A stretch of DNA of 64,000 bases from Seison nebaliae (taxonomy: Eukaryota), in assembly GCA_023231475.1 (NCBI GenBank), contig JALJEE010000699.1, forward strand, positions 1 to 64,000. The letters are read 5' to 3'. The notes below the pieces were generated by a model. It searched no databases and was not told the origin of the DNA. It saw nothing but the letters and a program-made list of their open reading frames with translations. The translations under genes and the position numbers were made by a program. Position 1 is the first letter of the stretch. Each line of letters opens with the position of its first letter. Below, piece by piece: positions 14,001 to 24,031 of this stretch.

Positions 14001-17000
14001 ATGTGATCGGTGGCGATGAAGGTAACAAGGTCAGTAAATGTTTTCATGTTCCCTCAAATTTCTAATATTTTCCGCTTTTAATTTCGTTCTATTTTAATTC
14101 TTTCTTTCATATCATCATATTCATTCAATTGATCTTTACGAAACCATATAATATTCTCATCTATTCAAACATTTCTTTTCAACAATTTATCATTCTCTTC
14201 ATATTTCTCTACTTTAATTATTCTCACTATTGGAAAAACTTTCTTATTAATATAATTCTTCTCACATTCACTCAACAAAAAGTATACAATAAATAAGGCG
14301 ACTTCTTCACCGGCTGCCACGATTCATAAGGAAAGTATTTCCTTCACGGTGATCCCATCAGTTCCACCTGATATCATTAATTGACGATCGTTCCTCATAT
14401 TTTTCGTTTTTGTTCTTGACACCTTATGATCATGCACATTCAAATTCTTCAATATTTCAATTTGAACAATTTCATTTAGTTCTCAAACTCCAAATTTTTG
14501 TTTTATCATTTTACTGTTTTTCTATCGTTAAAACTTTCAGTTTCTCTCCATTTAGTTCATAAGATTATTCTCTATAGTTTCTCTTCCAACTACATCACCG
14601 CCACCAAATTCATCTACACTATTATTATTTTATTTTAAATTTATTCTTTCTCAATTATTTATCCTCCAATATTATTTCATCTATTTATTTCTTGTTGATT
14701 GACATGATTATCATGAGCATTTCATTTCATTCAAACGAGATGGAAAATTGTTTTCTTTTTTCTCATCAATCGTTAAAAGAATTTTTTATGAGAAATAACT
14801 AATTTCTAATTTTTCAACTATTTTCAGAATGAAAGAAATATGAAATTCAGTGTCAACTTCTTCCGATTATTTCGAGTTATGAGACTCGTCAAATTACTGT
14901 CGAGAGGTGATGGTATCCGCACATTGCTCTGGACATTCGTTAAATCGTTTCAGGTTAAAACATTATTTCAAATAATTTCTTTTACAAATGAAATTTAAAT
15001 AAATTTGTTTGATAATAATATAAAGAAATTATTAAAAATGAGATTTATATATTTATTCTTTTCTTTTAGGCATTACCATATGTAACATTGTTGATTGTTA
15101 TGTTATTCTTCATATATGCTGTTATTGGAATGCAAAGTTTTGGAAGAATTATGATCGACGACGACACGGCAATAACAAGAAATAATAATTTTCAAAGTTT
15201 TCTTGAAGCGGTGCTCGTCCTATTCCGATCAGCTACAGGTGAAGCGTGGCAAGTTATTATGATGGCTTGTACGAGTGGAGCTAAATGTGATGAACGATAT
15301 TTGGCCACACAAACACCTGATATTGTTATGGCAAACAATTGTGGGAGTACATTGGCATACATCTACTTCATCACTTTTTATATTCTCTGTTCATTTCTCG
15401 TCCTCAATCTTTTCGTCGCTGTCATCATGGACAATTTTGATTATTTGACAAGAGATTGGTCCATATTAGGACCGCATCATCTCGACGAATTTGTTCGATT
15501 GTGGTCGGAATATGATCCAGAAGCGAGAGGTCGAATCAAACATCTTGATGTGATTACACTTCTTCGTAAGATTTCCCCGCCACTTGGATTCGGCAAATTG
15601 TGTCCACATCGTGTTGCTTGTAAGAAGTTGGTGTCGATGAATATGCCGTTAAATAGTGATGGAACGGTGATGTTTAATGCTACATTATTCGCTTTAGTTC
15701 GAACGAATCTCCGAATAAAAGTTGAAGGAAATATCGATTCATGTAACGAAGATTTAAGAAGTGTCATCAAAAAAATTTGGAAACGGGTCAATATGAGACT
15801 ACTCGATACTGTTGTACCACCGCCAGGTAGTGATGATGATGTGACAATAGGAAAATTTTATGCCACTTTCCTCATCCAAGATTATTTTCGACGTTTTAAA
15901 AAACGAAAAGAAATTGAAGCGAAACAAATGAGATTGGGAATGGTGGGTTCGTCAAGAAATGCAGTTACGTTACAAGCTGGATTGAGAACTATCCAAGATC
16001 TCGGTCCAGAAGTACGTCGGGCAATTTCTGGTGATTTGGAAGATGAGGACGCTTTCTCTCAAATGTTCAAAAATGAAATACCTCAACATCGCGTTAGTTC
16101 TCTAAATTCACTTTCACACAACTTTCTTTACAATTTTCCCAATTGCTTCTCTCATTCTATCTTCTAATTTTATATTTTTTTGTATTTGCTTATTTTAAAA
16201 ATTATCATAGAAAAATTAATGCTTAATTTTCTCATATTTGTTTCATTTAGCGAAGACATCATTTATTTGGTTTACGACATGATCTTTTAGAATCATTTGA
16301 AAAAACTCATTTGCATCGAGATCCCGGTGGGTTAGTTGCAGCGAAGGAACAGCCACCATTATACGGATCATTAATCGATGAATTGGAAGAGACTTTAGAC
16401 GATATACAATTTAACGATGACGAAGACGACGCGACACGAGCTAGTCAATTATTGGCTGCTCATTTCACCAAATATCAAATGGCAAATTCGCAACTCAATC
16501 AAAAACGGAAAGATCATCCCAAAGTACAATGGATGATAAGGAATGCTGCCCATTTCATTCCATCATTGAAACGGTATGTTAATACAGAAGACCAATTTGC
16601 TAATTTGAAAATCAATAGAAGTGATGATGGAACATCAACAACACCCGGTGTCTCATCAACACTTCCACATCCAGTTAGTGCAAGTCGAGCTTTGACAAAT
16701 GTAGCAAATATAATGAGCGGAGGAATGGGTAAAACATCCATTCTCACTGACACGGCGTTAAATGCGTTTCAAGCATCAACGTCCAATCGAATCAGCACTC
16801 CTCTGGCGCTCGTCAATAAGCAGGTATGCGTGACGTTGCGTTCCCCTTTTAACAATGAAATTCCTTCAATTAGATTTTACCTTCTCTTCGTTTATTGTTA
16901 TATGAGTATTATGATTAATCGTAGAAATTATCTTTAACGGAAAATTATATTATTTTCTTTCATTCTTATCCCTGACAATTTCCATATCATCATTTTACAT

Positions 17001-18093
17001 TCTTTATTCTATTATTCAAAAGTTGTAGTTGTCATTCTTCGAATAATCGAGAAATGTATTCCCTTAGTTCGTCAAAATTATTGTTCCCACAAAAAAATAT
17101 AAATTTGAATTCTCTTTCTATTTTTCCTTTCTCATAATCCTTTATTCCTTCATGTGGAATTCTTTTCATCATTATCATCATCATCATCATTGTCACATGT
17201 TTCTATTCGATTATTTATCCTTTTCTCTAATCCAATCATGAACAAAATATGATCAATTGATGAGAAAGAAATAGAGGTATAATATAAGTTGAAAGTGAAA
17301 TAATCCTAAAATATCGAGTTTAAATTTGGAAATCCGTTCACCATTCTCTGCTTCAAATTTTTTTATTTTCTGCTAAATTATTTTTCTTTAATTTCAATCT
17401 CATTCATTCTTTCAACTAATTCTTCTTCTTTGGCTTTTATTAAATATAACCAATATTTTAGGCTTTAGCTATTGCCGGATTTAGCGATCCACAACAACCA
17501 GAAGATGCTAAAGTAGGTAAATATGTTCAGTTGCCTCATGCAGCTCACTATTTATCTCCATGTTAGTTTTTAATCGAACAAAATTAACTTATTTCTTAAT
17601 TCTTCATCACTTTATCGATTTTCCATTTTCGTCAATCTTTCTAGCACGACCATTAGCTATAAATCAAGATAAAGCAATGCCCGCACCGCCACCTGATTTA
17701 TTACGACGTCTTCTACTTCAGCAACGATTCCGACGTGAACGAGAAATGATGTTCCATAAAACTAATCGTGTCATCAGCACCGAACGTCTCTTAGCAGCCC
17801 AATCACAAGAATCATCTCAACCGGCAAGATCTATTGATAACGATCTTCAAGTGAATGAAACTACTTCTAAAAATCAAAATGATAACGACAGTTCACAACA
17901 GGACTTCTACAATAATCATCCCACAGACGACTCTCTTGAAAAGAATGATAAATCCAAAAATAATTATCATCGGAATAATTCCATTGAATTGAATGAAGTG
18001 AGAACGAACAACATACAAAATAATGATAATAATAATAATGGAAAGAATGACTGTCAATTGGAGGAAAATCCATTACCAGAAGATGTGACTTAA
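8059..18093 (+). CDS. Cav1: Voltage-gated L-type calcium channel alpha1 subunit (Cav1; egl-19/Ca-alpha1D/CACNA1C-D-like), multi-exon
   Basis: Exons: 8059-9106, (9446-9787), 10405-10489, 10539-10699, 10763-12486, 12552-12658, 12712-12799, 12850-12957, 13008-13060, 13110-13256, 13302-13503, 13550-13708, 13768-13878, 13928-14029, 14828-14953, 15070-16092, 16251-16823, 17462-17516, 17645-18093; all GT-AG and phase-compatible. Four S4 segments, EEEE filter (TMEGW, TGEDW, TFEGW, TGEAW), IQ motif [19 protein letters not shown], and Cav1-specific [19 protein letters not shown] and QALAIAG motifs. Confidence 0.97.
9446..9787 (+). CDS. Candidate 342-nt cassette exon in the Cav1 I-II linker
   Basis: Open 114-codon frame with AAG acceptor at 9443-9445 and GTAATA donor at 9788. 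Phase 1 at both ends, matching flanking exons 9106 and 10405. Confidence 0.65.
14298..14360 (+). CDS. Candidate phase-0 micro-exon in the Cav1 IVS3-S4 linker ([17 protein letters not shown][VIPS])
   Basis: GC-richer island in the 798-nt intron 14030-14827. In-frame AG acceptors at 14282 and 14297, in-frame donors at 14349 (GTGATC) and 14361 (GTTCCA), no stop. Confidence 0.4.
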
Positions 18094-18916
18094 AAAAAGA
18101 CTTTGCTATTTTATTTATTTTCATTTATTTTTCTAAATAGATAAATTTCTTTTCCTGTCAAAAAATTAATTTTTCATCATTCGTTTCCTGATGGCACAAT
18201 GTAAATTTTTGCATTTTAACAGCTCATTTATCCTCTTCTTTATTTCTCATATTCCTCATTTTTCCTAATTCTTTAAAATAATGACTCAATTTTAATTATT
18301 CTTAAAACGAAATTGCCTACACAAACAGTTGAATAATCCTTTTTCCATCCTACTTCTTTTTTCAAATCTCATCAAATCTCTCTCATTCTCCTTTGTTTTT
18401 TCTTATTTTTCTCGTTGGGTGAATGATATAATTTCATCATCATCATCATCCATTTCTTATTTTCAGTCCATCTAAATCTCCATCCTCTATTCTCATTCAC
18501 TCCTCGACATTCATTCATCTTTCTTCATCAATTAATCGATTAATCTCATCCTGATTATCGAAAAAATGAATACTAAAATAATAACTCATTAACTTTATCG
18601 TTTTCTTTTTTTTTCATATCTTATATCAACTTGATTATATAACTATATTTCCTCAAATTAATTCTTTTTCATAAAAACTGATTAAGTATTTCCATTTTCT
18701 AAAATTAATATCTCAGTACTTCAAATATTTAAAAGGTCTTTTCAAAAGTATAGGGACGAAACTTGCTGTTTTGAAAACTTGAAAAACTTGCTTAATATAA
18801 AGTTGTTCATAAAATTGAACTGTTTTATCACCCTTTGATTAAAAGTGAGTCGATAGGTCGGTGTGTGACTGAAATCGATGTAATGGATACAAATGAGAAT
18901 AATCGACAGAGAAGAA

Positions 18917-19530
18917 ATTATTATTATTTATTGGTTAAAATTCCCGACGGGATAAACTTGAAAAAAGAGAAAAAAAATTACTGTCATCCTCTGTATCAAT
19001 AAAAAGGCGTAATTGATCGAGAGAATCGCGGTCAATAGGTAGAATTGAGGTGGAATCGTATGTTGAGATGAAATTTTAAAAATCGGTTAGAGAAATGTTT
19101 GGAGATAACCCGTAGTATCTGACAGTGTATGTAAAGACGGAATGGGTGTGAAAAAGATGGATGTCGGAAGGATGACTAGAGAGTGAGTCGAAATTGTTAA
19201 ATTTATCACGGAGTGAAAAAATACGACGACATAGAAGAATTGGAAGTGGTAGGATATTCAGAGTGGCGAAAAGAAGTGAGCGGTTACATCTATGAAAACA
19301 GCGGATCATTCTCCTAATGAGCCGATTATAAGTTCGGCCCAAGGACAGAAAAGACCGATGAGAGCATAGAAAGATAGTCTCCAAAGAATACGAAGGTAGC
19401 ACTAGGCTCCTGAAAAGTGAAAGACGGATCTTTAACGGGATGAATTTGGATTTAGGAGAGAAGGAGAAAAAAGCCCTACAGAAGTTGTATCGGATACGAT
19501 TAAGAGCGATTTTTTCCGCAATTTCGGACA
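18917..19530 (-). mobile_element. 3' remnant of a non-LTR retrotransposon (LINE), post-RT region plus tail
   Basis: Minus-strand peptide IRLSLFRSLVLPSYSLETIFLCSHRSFLSLGRTYNRLIRRMIRCF aligns by eye with the post-RT region of the + strand LINE at ~21650-21800. Ends in AATAAA followed by (TAA)n at 18917-18932. Confidence 0.7.
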
Positions 19531-19889
19531 GTTCTCAACCTCAAAACATACTGGTCTGGAATCCAGAAAAATCTGAAAATATTGTAACCGTAAATTTAAA
19601 TTTAATAATTATATGAATTATTATTATTAATTAATTGTTTCTGACATGAACGACATTTCTGTAATAATAAAGATTTTTCCAAATTTAAGATTTTAAATTT
19701 GTTCAGATGAAAAATTAAGAAGATTGTTATTTATTGTTTGAGATCGAATAGAATAGAGATTTCAACGGAATTTAACTTTTATAAAATATAGTATCGATTC
19801 CCACAAAAAAAGAAGATACATTTCTTATGTTAAAATTAACTACTAATTTTTTCAGTTTGTCTTGTTTCACTCTATCGGATAATCTTTTT

Positions 19890-20396
19890 CTCAGCTTTCC
19901 GGAAACAATCTATTTGCACTTTTTCATAATTGAAACATTTTATCAACGAATTCTCGAAAATTATCAATGATGGACGGCTCAATGGAAAAATGTGTCTCAA
20001 ACCATTATTTTTCCCTTTTGTTAATTTGTTAGTTCTGGGAATATCCTCAATCGTTCGTCGATTATTATTCCAAATTTCTATTGGAAATCGACACCCCTCA
20101 GCGATATAATTTTCAAAAAAGAATTAGTAAATTAATTTTTAATCATTTGAACAAATCTCTTTTATGAATTCGAAGACTTCTTTAACATGGCATGTTGGAA
20201 TAAAAGATATCATCATACATACATACATCAATTTTCTTATTTCACATCTGAAATTTTTGTTGGAAAAATACTTTCGTTTGAAATTGAATTCCGATACCTT
20301 CCTAATTATTATTTGACACAAGTGAAAATAGCATGTGTGGACAGGTATACTCCGAAATGTTTCGCTTAACGCAGATATGGTACCAATTTCAAAATC
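19890..20396 (-). pseudogene. Degenerate Mutator-like (MULE) transposase fragment
   Basis: DFEIGTISALSETF..VHTCYFHLCQIIIRKV (second catalytic D plus CxxH), then after stops RFPIEIWNN..IPRTNKLTKG, where the expected TNNxxE catalytic Glu is replaced by Lys. Confidence 0.85.
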
Positions 20397-20790
20397 CAAA
20401 GTAGGATGTTTGTCGGGTAGGATGAAGGAGCTAGCCAAAAATGACATTGACTTCTTTAATTGTGACATGATTTGCACGTTTGAGATTCTTTTGGGAGCGG
20501 ACCTTTTGATCGATTTACTCGTTTTTTCGATGGACTATTGGGAGGACCCTGATCTATCCCGTTTGGAGCGGATAGAAAGATCGTTGTTTGGTGACGGTAA
20601 ACGATGGATTCTTCCTTGATTGGAAGGATCATTGAGAGGATTTGATTGATTATTGTTTTGTTGATTGTTGAGGAGCGTACCATTTTGTATATCTTGGATT
20701 TGATATGGTCCGTTGGATCATATCTGTTGGATGGTGATGCGTCAAGGCATTTTTCGGTTTTTTATTCTCCTATCGAAAATTTTTTCTTTT
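20397..20790 (-). mobile_element. Unassigned decayed coding-like insert abutting the MULE (possibly LINE ORF1-like)
   Basis: Broken K/S/R-rich frames (e.g. RIHRLPSP) joined directly to the MULE DFE motif. No diagnostic motif. Confidence 0.25.
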
Positions 20791-20849
20791 TTCTAAATTC
20801 TTTTAAATTTGAAATATATTCTCTTCATGATCGATATGCGATCCTTTTC

Positions 20850-22020
20850 CTCATCCGCCCTCGATCGTATCCAAGGGAAATATCTTTCAATTTTTACAAT
20901 TATACTAAATATACTGGTGTTTTTTCCACGGATTATATGGGAAGAGACGGAGATTATTCCTGGAACAAAATCTTATTCCTCTATTGAAGAAACCTGCCAA
21001 CAATCCAAATGATTTGAATTCGTATGGTCCTATCTACATCAGTTCTTTCGTTCTTCGAATCATCAAATGCATAGTACTCAGCAGATACGTATAAGACGAG
21101 TTTATTTTCCTTTCCGCATCAATTCGCATATAGAGCGGTCGTTCGCGGAGTCCATCCGATCCTCATTATCTATCATTCTTTATTCCTCGAAGCTTGAGCA
21201 CATAATTCGCAATTACATGCGTTATTTTTAGACGTAGCTTTTGACGTATTAAATTAATCGACGTATTAGCGGCCCTCTCTTCTCTGGCCGCTCGAAACAC
21301 ATCAGACATAGTTTTACGTATCCTTCGCCATTTATGTTTTCCTTCCACCGTGTCTGTGTCAATCTATCATACACTTAGATATCCCCTCCAATAATGGTGT
21401 CAGGCAAGGTTCTATTCTTGGTCCTTGGCTGTTCGGACTCACTCTTGACTGGGTAATTCTTCAGTTAAACGAACTCTACACCATCAAAATCAATGGTACT
21501 CAATTTCCGATCACATTAGCCTATGTCGACGAAATTCTCTCCACTTCTCCTCGAAAACTCAACCAAATTAGCGAAAAAGCACAGATAGCACAGAGCAAAT
21601 TCGTTGGAGCCTCCTTCTCATTCGCAACACGATCAAAATATCTTCCATTGGTAATTCGTTTGCGTGTTTTCTCTTCTCTCGTTCTCCCACTGGACGTACT
21701 GAACTCGTTACTTTTCGTCTCCAACAACTCATTCCTCACCATGGACCGAAAATACAACATCATCCGTCGCCTCATAGGTTGTTTTCAGAAGAATCAATCA
21801 AAATCTGACTTTTGGAGTTACTCAATTTCTTCCATTTCCCATTACATATTGTCGACGCACTTTCCGTGTCATCGACAACTTCTCGTCAGCGGGACCCTTT
21901 CCCCACATCTTCATTCTCATTCAACGATCTTTAACATCGAAATATTCGGTTTCCTCACACACAATCGAATATTACTCTATGTCAGTGTCTCGGTTACGTG
22001 AAGACCTTGCAATCTGCCAA
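20850..22020 (+). pseudogene. Decayed LINE reverse transcriptase
   Basis: Ordered RT motifs across frameshifts: PLLKKPANNPNDLNSYGPI (~20983), PHQFAYR (~21114), DV.AFD-like (~21230), GVRQGSILGPWLF (21396) and LAYVDE (21516-21533, a degenerate YADD). Post-RT IRLRVFSSLVLP follows after an apparent internal deletion. Confidence 0.9.
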
Positions 22021-22399
22021 GACCTTGATAGAGAACAACCAACCAAGCGTCCTGAGGATTCTCCTAGAGAGCGACACTTGAATTGTCTCCGTATGAGAAT
22101 TTACTTTTTTTAAATTTATCTTTTTGTTCTTTTTTTATAGGTTAGTGGATTTTCCGCACCTCCGCCCAACTTTCATTCAAAAATTGCATATGATTAATAA
22201 TTGTCCAACATCTTTCAAAGAGAAAAATTTATGTTTTTTTCATTATATCGTTAAAACAATAAAAAACAAAATATTTATTCAATTAAATGATTTTTTAAGA
22301 TTTTATTTCAGACAAATGTTGAGAAGAGAAACAAATGCAAATTAATATGATGAATAGAATAGAAATAATAGATATCAGATGAAGTAGAGTTTATAAATA

Positions 22400-23200
22400 A
22401 TTTTTGGTAGGCTTCTGAAATTGATCACATCGTATGTATCGATATGAAGTGCCATTATTTAAAACCTTGTAGCTCCTTGTAGCTTAGAGTGATATCGATT
22501 AACCCTTTGAATAACATTGCTTCTCCTCTGATGACAGAAGCAATGATATACGACTTTTATTTGGTTAATCCATCGCAACATTTGTCAACATTTTACCAGT
22601 ACGACAGAATTACCTTCAGCGTAATAATTCGGTACGGTAACTTCCTATCAACGACAGAATCAACAAAAAATTGATCATGCAGGAGACCAAGGAGGTTACT
22701 CACTGAATGATCAATTAGTTAATCTGCCGCTGATTTCCAACACGATAAGCTGGACATAACATTTACGGTTAAAAGTATCGAATGGGAAGTCTCCCATTCC
22801 TCCATTAATTATAATCCATGGTATAAAAAAATATTTTTATTGTTATAATGCCAAATTTAGTTTGCACAATTCCTTTTAACCTAAAAAATTGTCTACGTGT
22901 CAATTAAATATTCCACGTCGCGCAAATCATTACCTTTGTCGATCGAATAATTTTGGAAAGTGTATGAAATTTTAGTGAGGAATCATTATTTATTCATTTA
23001 AATCTTTAGCTCTATTGATTCTCGTTTTGCTCGTTCTTTTAGAAAGTAATTTTGTTAATTTCTAATTATCGTCATATTTAAAGGAAAAGGCCAACTTTTT
23101 GAATCATTTATTCTTCAGAAATATCTGTAAAATTGTCGTCTGATCCAATTGTGACGCTAACGAGAATCGCGCATCTATGAAACTCTTTTAGTTAATGCGA
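22400..23200 (-). pseudogene. Probable heavily decayed hAT-family transposase
   Basis: FSLASQLDQTT (23134-23166), resembling the hAT FSLQLDEST motif, and HCFCHQ (22528-22545), resembling the CxxH motif, in the right order with many stops. Confidence 0.4.
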
Positions 23201-23305
23201 CGTATCTCATACGTCATCAAAACGACAAACGTTATATAAACGGATATCTATACGTATTTGTCACACTCATTCCTCATTCTTTATTTCCAAGTTTTATTTT
23301 TCGTT

Positions 23306-23461
23306 CATTCTCTTCCATTCAATTCTATTCTTTTCCATTCTCTTCCATTCAATTCTATTCTTTTCCATTCTCTTCCATTCAATTCTATTCTTCTCTATTC
23401 TCTTCCATTCAATTCTATTCTTTTCCATTCTCTTCCATTCAAGTATATTCTTTTCTATTCT
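23306..23461. repeat. 30-bp tandem repeat (CATTCTCTTCCATTCAATTCTATTCTTTTC) x5, built from NNTTC pentamers
   Basis: Copies at 23306, 23336, 23366, 23396, 23426 and a partial copy at 23456. Confidence 0.95.
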
Positions 23462-23522
23462 AATCGTTTAACGTTCATCTACTTCGATGACTAGATAGTA
23501 TAGTTTTCTTTTAAGGGTGGTT

Positions 23523-23960
23523 TTTCAAAGGAGTTCTTTGAAAGAAATGAAGAAAACAATGGAAATGACCCCAGTCGGGGGGGTCAAAGAAGAGTTTCTT
23601 CATCTAGCAAGGTTATATTTATTCTTTTATCCGAAAATAATCACTATCAATTTTAGGGCTTTCGGTGGAGGACTTCCTCAGTGTTTTCCTTGAGTTATTG
23701 GGGTGACTCAAGGCCGGTCGCTTGCTTCGGCCGGCCATATATATATAAGGGTTCCTCGCCAGGGTCCATATAAAGGGTTTAATAGACCAAATAGTTCGCA
23801 AACTATAAGGGGTTTGCATGGCCTTCCCGATATGCCGTGCTCGGGAAAAATTATAAGGGAATGGATGCCCCCTCGAATAATTGTCGAGGGGGCATTTCAT
23901 GAATGGATGAATTATTTCATCCGATATCAATGATTTAAATATTGGTACGGTCTTTAAGAC
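23523..23960 (+). other. GC-richer array of about 12 consecutive stem-loops with four TATAA(A)GGG boxes; function unknown
   Basis: Stems at 23523-43, 23566-86, 23589-601, 23631-65, 23688-713, 23712-36, 23776-88, 23798-817, 23824-47, 23865-95 (perfect 12 bp), 23905-22 and 23950-60. Boxes at 23744, 23769, 23804 and 23852. Confidence 0.8.
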
Positions 23961-23962
23961 TA

Positions 23963-24031
23963 AATTTACCTAATATAAACTCAATTTACCTAATATAAAC
24001 TCAATTTACCTACAATAATCTCAAATTACTC
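23963..24031. repeat. 20-bp tandem repeat AATTTACCTAATATAAACTC, about 3.4 copies
   Basis: Two exact copies (23963, 23983) plus decaying copies. Confidence 0.9.

Noticed and set aside
8343..16753. Antisense ORFs overlapping Cav1 exons
   Set aside because: Shadow frames of conserved coding sequence.
20139..20477. 112-aa ORF as an intact gene
   Set aside because: A chimeric junction of unrelated sequence with a truncated MULE transposase; stops follow.
22040..22095. Hammerhead-like CTGAGGA-stem-CGACAC..GTC at the LINE 3' end
   Set aside because: The GAAA core reads GACA and stem I has no complement; at best a dead remnant.
23640..23690. Minus-strand CTGAGGA...GAAA within the hairpin array, as a hammerhead ribozyme
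   Set aside because: Stems II and III cannot form.
23619..23933. ORFs on both strands over the hairpin array
   Set aside because: Non-ATG starts and no motifs; explained by locally higher GC.
23306..24031. CRISPR-like interpretation of the repeats
   Set aside because: The repeats are head-to-tail with no unique spacers, the context is eukaryotic and there are no cas genes.
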